From the IMG/VR virus record IMGVR_UViG_3300018483_000003, positions 1 to 6,609 of that record: a DNA stretch of 6,609 bases; one strand, written 5' to 3'. Shown piece after piece: positions 1 to 5,397 of this stretch. Each line of letters opens with the position of its first letter. Position 1 is the first letter of the stretch. Position numbers and translations under genes: made by a program. This DNA is from a virus (taxonomy: Duplodnaviria > Heunggongvirae > Uroviricota > Caudoviricetes). The notes below the pieces were generated by a model, which saw only the letters and a program-made list of their open reading frames with translations, ran no database searches and had not been told where the DNA came from.

Positions 1-5
1 GTGCC

Positions 6-31
6 AAAAATAAAGGCCGACTATGCGGCCT
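6..31 (-). terminator. Putative intrinsic terminator downstream of the 100-aa membrane-protein gene
   Basis: Plus-strand GGCCG (15-19) and CGGCC (26-30) form a 5-bp GC stem with a 6-nt loop. On the minus-strand transcript the hairpin is followed by TTATTTTT (complement of plus 6-13). It lies about 68 nt past the ORF stop at 99. Confidence 0.4.
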
Positions 32-98
32 GAAATTACTTAACCAATGATGCTGCATATTCGATAAGGTAAAGTTTTGGAGCAAGCCAAATTTTCAG

Positions 99-401
99 TC
101 AGTCGAAATAATTGAAGAAAACAACAATAGAAGTAATCGCTATTCCTGATGTGACAAGTAGTGATAAAAGAACAATATCTTCATCATCTCCTTTATTCAA
201 TGCAAAAATCATCAGATAAACACACGCTATAATCACCAATACACAGATAGCCTGAATTCCAGCTGATGATACGGCGTGCCACATCAAAAGCTGATGGATG
301 ACATCAGGAATCTGTGCCTGGCTAAATGAAACAGCCGCGTCTATTCCATTACTGGCTTTTTGCAGTAGTTCTACGAGAATCTTGTTTGCTTGTTCTTCCA
401 T
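99..401 (-). CDS. Hypothetical small membrane protein (100 aa, two predicted transmembrane helices)
   Basis: ATG at 401-399 is preceded by GAGGTG (complement of 406-411) at 4-nt spacing. The protein has a hydrophilic N-terminal ~40 aa, then hydrophobic segments VSSAGIQAICVLVIIACVYLMIFAL and LLSLLVTSGIAITSIVVFF separated by the acidic loop NKGDDEDIV. AT-rich relative to the rest of the window by eye. No family recognised. Confidence 0.6.
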   Translation of the reverse strand: MEEQANKILVELLQKASNGIDAAVSFSQAQIPDVIHQLLMWHAVSSAGIQAICVLVIIACVYLMIFALNKGDDEDIVLLSLLVTSGIAITSIVVFFNYFD

Positions 402-511
402 ATCTCACCTCAAATAAGTGGTTTGCTGCCTAATTTCATTTTCTGGCGACCAACACAAGTCACACCCATTTCACTGCGTGGCTTGCTGTAATAAATTCGG
501 TTAGTTCAGAC

Positions 512-534
512 AATAAAAAACCCACCGAAGTGGG
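512..534 (-). terminator. Intrinsic terminator immediately after the 112-aa ORF
   Basis: Minus-strand transcript reads CCCAC-UUCG-GUGGG (plus 521-534), a 5-bp GC stem with a UUCG tetraloop, followed directly by UUUUUUAUUG (complement of plus 511-520). The hairpin abuts the TAG stop at 537-535. Confidence 0.6.
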
Positions 535-873
535 CTATGACCATTTTTTATTTGGATTTCGTTGGTGAGCATGATTAACAACTCTGTGCATTACATCCTC
601 ATATTTTTCATCTTCAATTTTTTCGACATCGCGAGGAAATGGTGTTGCTAATGCTTTGTCAACTTTATCCATTGGGTCTTCATTAATCTTATATTCAGGA
701 CCGTCATCTATAGCATTAAATCCAGGTGTTACACCGTTTTTTAATGCATATGCTATCCTCTTTTCCCATCTCGCTATTCTCCTCCTGTCTCGAGATGTAA
801 GACCTCTATCAGATACTTTTCTGTTTTGTCCGCGGTCAGGATTAACATAAATAGTCTTTTTCACCATAAGCAT
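535..873 (-). CDS. Hypothetical highly charged protein (112 aa from ATG 873; 114 aa if the TTG at 879 is used)
   Basis: ORF in the six-frame track. The ATG at 873-871 lies 2 nt after the N stop codon (TGA, 878-876), suggesting translational coupling; no strong SD. Product is rich in R/K/D/E and I recognise no family. AT-rich, and followed directly by a terminator. Confidence 0.55.
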   Translation of the reverse strand: MLMVKKTIYVNPDRGQNRKVSDRGLTSRDRRRIARWEKRIAYALKNGVTPGFNAIDDGPEYKINEDPMDKVDKALATPFPRDVEKIEDEKYEDVMHRVVNHAHQRNPNKKWS

Positions 874-875
874 AC

Positions 876-1181
876 TCAATAAGCACCGTACGGTAGTTTA
901 CTGTACAATTTTATTTTTTGGACTGCATGTATTTTGTTTCCTAATGGGTTTGAATCCTTGTAATAAATACTTCTATTTTTTCGAACGACTTCTTCTTTCT
1001 TCTTGCAGCAAAGGCTTCCTAGTGAAGCTGCTTTGTCTGCTCTGACGCAACCAGAGAGCTTTAGCGCAATTTTTCGCGCTAGTGCTTCATTACTGCGTCG
1101 CTCGGCAATAAGTTCTGCTCTGCGAGCTTTGTAGCGGCTTTTTGCCGTACCTTTGGATTCTTTCCAGACAATGGTTACCAT
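876..1181 (-). CDS. N: N-type transcription antitermination protein (phage-21-like arginine-rich motif)
   Basis: ATG at 1181-1179 with AAGGAG (complement of 1188-1193) 6 nt upstream. The N-terminus MVTIVWKESKGTAKSRYKARRAELIAERR contains the arginine-rich motif I recall for phage 21 N. The gene lies downstream of boxA/boxB elements and a pL-like promoter. The track ORF extends to 1211 but the longer start lacks an RBS. Confidence 0.8.
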   Translation of the reverse strand: MVTIVWKESKGTAKSRYKARRAELIAERRSNEALARKIALKLSGCVRADKAASLGSLCCKKKEEVVRKNRSIYYKDSNPLGNKIHAVQKIKLYSKLPYGAY

Positions 1182-1291
1182 GATGGTCTCCTTTAAGTGG
1201 CTTTGGCGCATGACGCGTCGAGGTGCTTATCTTCTCGATCGCTGTCTTGCAGCTGCAATTCGCGCCATCCCCAAAACCACTCAAGTTCTGG

Positions 1292-1331
1292 TCTCAACGG
1301 TTAGGTTGAGAGTCCGTTGATGTTAAAGAGC
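1292..1331 (-). promoter_or_regulatory. nutL: boxA (1323-1331) and boxB hairpin (1292-1311)
   Basis: Minus-strand RNA reads GCUCUUUAA (boxA consensus CGCUCUUUA), then UCUCAAC-CUAACC-GUUGAGA, a perfect 7-bp stem with a 6-nt loop. It sits in the N leader between the pL-like promoter and the N start. The same boxA and loop recur at nutR. Confidence 0.7.
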
Positions 1332-1373
1332 CTGCCAATCTGTTCCGTTTGGCTTCCAGCGTCCTGCTGATGG

Positions 1374-1407
1374 CTTAAATTTAAGACTTCTTAATTTATT
1401 GGTCAAG
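1374..1407 (-). promoter_or_regulatory. pL-like promoter with overlapping repressor operator (oL)
   Basis: Minus-strand -35 TTGACC (complement of 1401-1406), 17-bp spacer, -10 TAAATT (complement of 1378-1383). An 18-bp operator ATTTAAGACTTCTTAATT (1379-1396) overlaps the -10 and spacer and matches the oR sites. Confidence 0.55.
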
Positions 1408-1471
1408 TGCATTTTTGAAGAAAACTTAATTTTATGGGCGTGAATTTAGTTTGTCTTTGATTTTTAACGGG

Positions 1472-1497
1472 AAATAAAAAAGGGGCGAAAGCCCCTT
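1472..1497 (-). terminator. Intrinsic terminator overlapping the cI stop codon
   Basis: Stem 1480-1486 (AAGGGGC) pairs with 1491-1497 (GCCCCTT) around a GAAA loop. On the minus strand it is followed by UUUUUAUUU (complement of plus 1471-1479). It lies at the end of cI (stop 1498-1496) and would insulate pL/oL from pRM/pRE transcription. Confidence 0.65.
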
Positions 1498-2146
1498 AAG
1501 GAAGGTTTGCTAGCTTGGCATCAACGACAACGCCAATGATTTTACAGTTCCCATTGATTTCAATCATTGGGTATTGTGGATTGAGTGGTTTCAGGAATTT
1601 TCTACCGGCATCAATAACTAACTTTTTGAATGTCGCCTCGTTTTCTCCTTCAAGTTTGGCGACTACCAGCTTTCCATTACGTGGTTCGACTTCTGGGTCG
1701 ACGAGAATAATCATCCCCTCAGGAATACTCAGTCCTGCCGGGGCAGTCATTGAATCGCCTTTAACGTCGAGCCAAAAAGAGTCTTCAGAACAATCTACCG
1801 TTGTGTCGTACCAGTTATCTATTGCACGCCTATGATATGGCTCTACAGCTTCCATCCAACATCCTGCGCTTACCCAACTAATTAGAGGATACGAACCTCT
1901 TGGATCATGCCTGCTGTGATAGGCAATGTTTGAAAGACTATCCTCTCCTTTCAACAGGTAATCAGGGGAGCACTGCAAAGCCTTGGCTAAGGCCAATAGG
2001 TTTTCGCCATTGGGCTCAGTTTCAGATCGCTCCCATTGGGAAATAGCAACATTAGACACGCCAACCATCTTGCCAAGGGCAGCCTGCCTAATCTTGAGTT
2101 CTTTTCTGCGAGCGCGAATACGCTCACCCATCAGTTGTGTATTCAT
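1496..2146 (-). CDS. cI: CI-type prophage repressor (HTH_XRE N-terminal domain plus LexA/S24-like autocleavage domain; P22 C2-like)
   Basis: 216-aa ORF. HTH motif QAALGKMVGVSNVAISQWE; C-terminal domain with an Ala-Gly cleavage site (VSAGCW), catalytic Ser in GDSM and Lys in KLVVAK. Nearly identical, from memory, to the P22 C2 repressor. Divergent from cro across an operator region. Confidence 0.9.
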   Translation of the reverse strand: MNTQLMGERIRARRKELKIRQAALGKMVGVSNVAISQWERSETEPNGENLLALAKALQCSPDYLLKGEDSLSNIAYHSRHDPRGSYPLISWVSAGCWMEAVEPYHRRAIDNWYDTTVDCSEDSFWLDVKGDSMTAPAGLSIPEGMIILVDPEVEPRNGKLVVAKLEGENEATFKKLVIDAGRKFLKPLNPQYPMIEINGNCKIIGVVVDAKLANLP

Positions 2147-2212
2147 AGTTAAGACATCTTAAATAAACTTGACTTAAGATTCCTTTGGTGGATAATTTAA
2201 GTGTTCTTTAAT
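2147..2212. promoter_or_regulatory. oR region: three repressor operators with pR (rightward) and a pRM-like leftward promoter
   Basis: Three 18-bp sites of form A-TTAAG-N4-CTT-A-T: 2147-2164 AGTTAAGACATCTTAAAT, 2172-2189 ACTTAAGATTCCTTTGGT (weaker second half), and 2195-2212 ATTTAAGTGTTCTTTAAT. Centres are 25 and 23 bp apart. pR has -35 TTGACT (2169-2174) and -10 GATAAT (2191-2196), with cro ATG at 2227. The cI ATG at 2146 abuts the leftmost operator with no SD. Confidence 0.75.
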
Positions 2213-2226
2213 TTCGGAGCGAGTCT

Positions 2227-2412
2227 ATGTACAAAAAAGATGTTATTGACCACTTCGGAACCCAGCGTGCTGTTGCTAAAGCACTAGGCATTAGCGATGC
2301 AGCAGTCTCTCAGTGGAAAGAAGTTATCCCAGAGAAAGACGCCTATCGATTGGAAATCGTTACAGCTGGCGCCCTGAAGTATCAAGAAAGTGCTTACCGC
2401 CAAGCGGCATAA
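2227..2412 (+). CDS. cro: Cro repressor (61 aa, P22-Cro-like HTH protein)
   Basis: ATG at 2227 with GGAG (2216-2219) upstream. HTH motif QRAVAKALGISDAAVSQW. The sequence matches, from memory, P22 Cro almost exactly. First gene rightward of pR. Confidence 0.9.
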   Translation: MYKKDVIDHFGTQRAVAKALGISDAAVSQWKEVIPEKDAYRLEIVTAGALKYQESAYRQAA

Positions 2413-2419
2413 GCAAATT

Positions 2420-2459
2420 GCTCTTTAACAGTTCTGGCCTTTCACCTCTAACCGGGTGA
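2420..2459 (+). promoter_or_regulatory. nutR: boxA (2420-2428) and boxB hairpin (2442-2459)
   Basis: boxA GCTCTTTAA is identical to the nutL copy. boxB is UCACCU-CUAACC-GGGUGA, a 6-bp stem (one G-U pair) with the same CUAACC loop as nutL. It lies between the cro stop (2412) and cII. Confidence 0.7.
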
Positions 2460-2509
2460 GCAAACATCAGCGGCAAATCCATTGGGTGTGCCGCTATAAC
2501 TCAATATCA

Positions 2510-2550
2510 ATATAGGAAAATTAACAAATGGCACAAGCAAGCTACAGCAA
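2510..2550 (-). promoter_or_regulatory. pRE-like CII-activated promoter (TTGC-N6-TTGC motif inside the cII 5' end)
   Basis: Plus strand has GCAA(2537-2540)-N6-GCAA(2547-2550), which is TTGC-N6-TTGC on the minus strand, the CII tetramer site architecture of lambda pRE. A -10-like TATATT follows on the minus strand (about 2512-2517). The position overlapping the cII start matches lambda. Confidence 0.55.
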
Positions 2551-2824
2551 GCCAACACAGCGAGAAATTGATCGCGCTGAAACTGATTTACTCATCAACC
2601 TGTCAACGCTTACCCAGCGCGGTCTGGCAAAGATGATTGGCTGTCATGAATCGAAGATAAGCAGAACGGACTGGAGATTTATTGCTTCGGTTCTGTGTGC
2701 TTTCGGAATGGCATCAGACATCAGTCCGATTAGCAGGGCTTTTAAGTATGCGCTTGATGGACTCACAAAGAAAAAATCCCCGGCTGCCACCGAGGATTCT
2801 GAGCAAATTGATATGCAATTCTGA
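2528..2824 (+). CDS. cII: CII-like transcriptional activator (98 aa)
   Basis: Sits between nutR and the replication genes. The C-terminus KKKSPAATEDSEQIDMQF resembles the lambda CII C-terminus as I recall it (KKRPAATERSEQIQMEF). The central region is HTH-like and the pRE motif is embedded in its 5' end. Confidence 0.75.
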   Translation: MAQASYSKPTQREIDRAETDLLINLSTLTQRGLAKMIGCHESKISRTDWRFIASVLCAFGMASDISPISRAFKYALDGLTKKKSPAATEDSEQIDMQF

Positions 2825-2856
2825 GGTAATTACTGGATCAATCCACAGGAGTAATT

Positions 2857-3003
2857 ATGACAAAACAACTCAGTCCTTACCAGGACAAAATTCACAAACA
2901 CATACTACGTGATCGCTTCCTGTCCAGCTTCAAGCAGCCTGGTCGATTTCGGGCTGAGTTGGAAAAGGTGAAGCTGATGCAGAAGGAGAAAGGTCATGAG
3001 TAA
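2857..3003 (+). CDS. Possible small basic protein (48 aa) between cII and the O-like gene
   Basis: ATG at 2857 with GGAG (2848-2851) 5 nt upstream. Product [48 protein letters not shown]. Its stop (3001-3003) overlaps the O-like start (2996) as ATGAGTAA. Not in the supplied track because of its length. I recall an orf48 annotated at this position in P22, which if correct supports it. Confidence 0.4.
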   Translation: MTKQLSPYQDKIHKHILRDRFLSSFKQPGRFRAELEKVKLMQKEKGHE

Positions 3004-3895
3004 CATATCTAATCTAGCCGAAGCCAGAGAGGCCAGAAGGCTACAACAACCGCATCAAAGCAGCGGTAAGGGGTATGCCTTGCTGCACCGTAAAATTATG
3101 GATGTGCCGTTTTACAAGGACGCAGAAGCAGCGCATCTGTGGGTTCACTTAATCCTCAAAGCAAAGCATACGCCTGAGTATGTAATGACTGACGCAGGAG
3201 AAATTCTGGTAGGCAGAGGGAAGCTACTTGGCGGTAGAAACTCTCTGGCGTTTGAAACAGGACTCAAACCAGATCGCGTTCAGTACCTGCTTAGAAAGTT
3301 CAAAAAACTCGGCATGATTGACTGGGTTTCACACGGTAAATTCTCAGTTTTCTCGGTAGAGAAATATGACGATTATCAGTCAAATTTTGTACCAGCAGAT
3401 TACCAGCAAATTACCACCTCAAAGCCAGCAATACCAATGCCTGCAAGCAATACTGTACCAGCAGATTACCAGCAAATTACCACAGATAAAGAATATAATA
3501 ATATTATCTCTAATACTGACGTATTAGAGAGTGCCACAGCAGACAAAAAGTCTGACAAGAAAAAACCTTCCGTTAGCTGTCAGGATGTTGTCGATGCTTA
3601 CCACGAAATCCTTCCTGAAGCGCCAAGAATCCGCGCACTGAATGACAAGCGTAAAAACCAGATCCGAACGTTCTGGCGCAAAGCCGGAGTGATAACCCGC
3701 CAGCTTGACGGGCATGGGTTCACGATGCAGGACTGGAGAAATTATTTGAGCTACGTAGGCGAAAATTGCCGATGGATGTTCGAAGAGCGCCCAAACCATC
3801 AACGCGGAACCGTCTGGCACAAAAAGGGATTTGATTTCCTGCTTAACGACAATACCTACCTGAAAGTTCGTGAGGGTGAACACGATGACCGATAA
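2996..3895 (+). CDS. Replication initiation protein (lambda O / P22 gp18 analogue) with DnaT-like C-terminal domain
   Basis: 299-aa ORF with AAGGAG (2983-2988) 7 nt upstream. It occupies the O position directly upstream of a DnaB-family helicase and contains internal iterons plus an AT-rich tract. The C-terminal region ([17 protein letters not shown]...WRKAGV) resembles DnaT/primosomal-type loader domains as far as I can recall. Confidence 0.8.
   Translation: MSNISNLAEAREARRLQQPHQSSGKGYALLHRKIMDVPFYKDAEAAHLWVHLILKAKHTPEYVMTDAGEILVGRGKLLGGRNSLAFETGLKPDRVQYLLRKFKKLGMIDWVSHGKFSVFSVEKYDDYQSNFVPADYQQITTSKPAIPMPASNTVPADYQQITTDKEYNNIISNTDVLESATADKKSDKKKPSVSCQDVVDAYHEILPEAPRIRALNDKRKNQIRTFWRKAGVITRQLDGHGFTMQDWRNYLSYVGENCRWMFEERPNHQRGTVWHKKGFDFLLNDNTYLKVREGEHDDR
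3389..3530. repeat. Iteron-like direct repeats plus AT-rich tract inside the O-like gene (putative ori)
   Basis: An identical 29-bp sequence GTACCAGCAGATTACCAGCAAATTACCAC occurs at 3389-3417 and 3455-3483. Each copy holds three TACCA(G/C) motifs at 11-bp phasing (3390, 3401, 3412 and 3456, 3467, 3478). An AT-rich tract follows at 3484-3530 (GATAAAGAATATAATAATATTATCTCTAATACTGACGTATTAGAG). Confidence 0.6.
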
Positions 3896-5321
3896 TTTTT
3901 ATGCGCCGCCCCATAGCATCGAGGCAGAGCAGGCGGTGATTGGTGGATTGCTTCTGGATGATGACAGCAGTGAGCGCGTCCAGAAAGTTCTGGCGATGCT
4001 GAAGCCTGATTCATTTTACGGCCGACCACACAAAATCCTTTTCGAAGAAATAACCAGAATGCACCGGGAGCAAAAGCCAGTAGATGGCCTGACGCTTTTC
4101 GATGAACTGGAGCGTAAATCGTTAACGGCGTCTGTTGGCGGTTTTGCTTATATCGCTGAGATCGCAAAAAACACGCCAAGCGCAGCAAACATCGTTGCCT
4201 ATGCAATGCAGGTTCGTGAAACCGCAATGGAACGCTACGCCATAAACCGCATGACTGAAGCGACGGAATTGCTCTATTCCCGCAACGGAATGACTGCAAC
4301 GCAGAAGTACGAAGCTATTCAGGCGATTTTCACGCAACTGACAGACCATGCAAAAACCGGATCGCGTCGCGGCCTTCGCTCATTTGGTGAGGTCATGGAA
4401 GACTGGGTTAGCGACCTTGAGAAGCGATTTGACCCGTCAGGCGAACAACGAGGAATGAGCACGGGGATCCCATCGCTGGACAGGATGCTGTCACCGAAAG
4501 GTCTGGTGAAAGGCTCTCTGTTTGTCATTGGCGCTCGCCCTAAGATGGGGAAAACGACGCTATACAGCCAGATGGCAATCAACTGTGCAGTGCATGAGAA
4601 AAAGCCTGCTCTGATGTTCAGCCTTGAAATGCCAGGTGACCAGATACTGGAAAAACTGGTAGGGCAGAAGTCAGGTGTTAACCCGAATATTTTTTACCTT
4701 CCGGCGACAAATGACGCTGATGACGGCTATCAGGGTGATTACGATGGTGACTTCAACAGGGCGATCGAAACAGCCAATCGCTTGAGTGAAATCGACATGC
4801 TTTACATCGACGACACGCCGGGATTATCTCTGGCTCAAATCGTCAGCGAAAGCCGTCGAATCAAGCGAGAAAAAGGATGTGTTGGCATGATTCTGGTCGA
4901 TTACCTGACACTAATGACCGCTGAAAAGGCCGATCGCAACGACCTTGCTTACGGCATGATCACCAAAGGACTGAAGAACCTTGCCAAAGAGCTTGATTGC
5001 GTTGTTGTGCTTCTGACGCAGCTTAACCGCGCATTGGAAAGCCGAACCAATAAACGCCCATTACCAAGTGACTCGCGAGATACAGGGCAGATTGAACAGG
5101 ATTGCGATTATTGGGTTGGGATCCATCGGGAAGGTGCTTTTGATGACAGCGTTCCTCCTGGTGAAACCGAACTAATCCTTCGCCTCAATCGTCATGGCAA
5201 TACCGGCACGGTGTATTGCATACAGGCAAATGGCGCTATTTATGACACAGACCAACAGTCTGCTGAAATGCGCCGCCGTGAACGCGAGGAACCGCAGTCC
5301 AAGAAGAAAGGAGGATTCTGA
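3885..5321 (+). CDS. DnaB-family replicative DNA helicase (478 aa)
   Basis: ATG at 3885 with GAGGGTG (3872-3878) upstream, overlapping the O-like stop by 11 nt. N-terminal DnaB signature PHSIEAEQAVIGGLLLD, Walker A GARPKMGKTT and Walker B-like MILVDYLTLM. GTG codons at 3870 and 3876 are possible alternative starts. Confidence 0.9.
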   Translation: MTDNFYAPPHSIEAEQAVIGGLLLDDDSSERVQKVLAMLKPDSFYGRPHKILFEEITRMHREQKPVDGLTLFDELERKSLTASVGGFAYIAEIAKNTPSAANIVAYAMQVRETAMERYAINRMTEATELLYSRNGMTATQKYEAIQAIFTQLTDHAKTGSRRGLRSFGEVMEDWVSDLEKRFDPSGEQRGMSTGIPSLDRMLSPKGLVKGSLFVIGARPKMGKTTLYSQMAINCAVHEKKPALMFSLEMPGDQILEKLVGQKSGVNPNIFYLPATNDADDGYQGDYDGDFNRAIETANRLSEIDMLYIDDTPGLSLAQIVSESRRIKREKGCVGMILVDYLTLMTAEKADRNDLAYGMITKGLKNLAKELDCVVVLLTQLNRALESRTNKRPLPSDSRDTGQIEQDCDYWVGIHREGAFDDSVPPGETELILRLNRHGNTGTVYCIQANGAIYDTDQQSAEMRRREREEPQSKKKGGF

Positions 5322-5349
5322 TGACCATCTACATCAGTGAGCTTGTAAC

Positions 5350-5381
5350 AGGCCTGCTGGTAATCGCAGGCCTTTTTATTT
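5350..5381 (+). terminator. Strong intrinsic terminator after the helicase gene (tR2-like position)
   Basis: Perfect 8-bp stem AGGCCTGC (5350-5357) pairing with GCAGGCCT (5366-5373), an 8-nt loop, then TTTTATTT (5374-5381). It sits between the helicase stop (5321) and the next ORF (5398). Confidence 0.7.
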
Positions 5382-5397
5382 GGGGGAGAGGGAAGTC

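Noticed and set aside
656-850. 64-aa plus-strand ORF in the track
   Set aside because: Lies wholly antisense inside the 112-aa minus-strand gene, has no RBS and a low-complexity product; likely a spurious frame.
1182-1211. Longer N start (ATG at 1211) given by the track
   Set aside because: No RBS upstream of 1211, whereas the ATG at 1181 has AAGGAG at 6-nt spacing and gives the N-terminus MVTIVW that I recall for phage-21-type N.
1090-1284. 64-aa minus-strand ORF in the track
   Set aside because: Overlaps the N gene in another frame and runs into the N leader and nutL region; the N frame carries the recognisable arginine-rich motif, this one does not.
1413-1469. Possible additional oL operator copies (about 1413-1431 and 1443-1461)
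   Set aside because: Only weak half-site matches to the A-TTAAG-N4-CTT-A-T pattern, and the spacing from the clear oL site does not fit the 23-25 bp periodicity seen at oR; not called.
1515-1835. 106-aa plus-strand ORF in the track
   Set aside because: Antisense within cI; Ser/Thr/Leu-rich low-complexity product typical of the reverse frame of a real gene.
2682-2912. 76-aa plus-strand ORF in the track
   Set aside because: Starts inside cII out of frame and overlaps the better-supported 48-aa ORF; no RBS.
3870-3884. GTG start at 3870 for the helicase
   Set aside because: The ATG at 3885 has a GAGGGTG RBS at appropriate spacing and gives the canonical DnaB N-terminus; the GTG at 3870 lacks an RBS.
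3524-4582. Four minus-strand ORFs in the track (3524-3883, 3856-4299, 4122-4349, 4319-4582)
   Set aside because: All lie antisense within the O-like and helicase genes, which have clear domain signatures; these are shadow ORFs.
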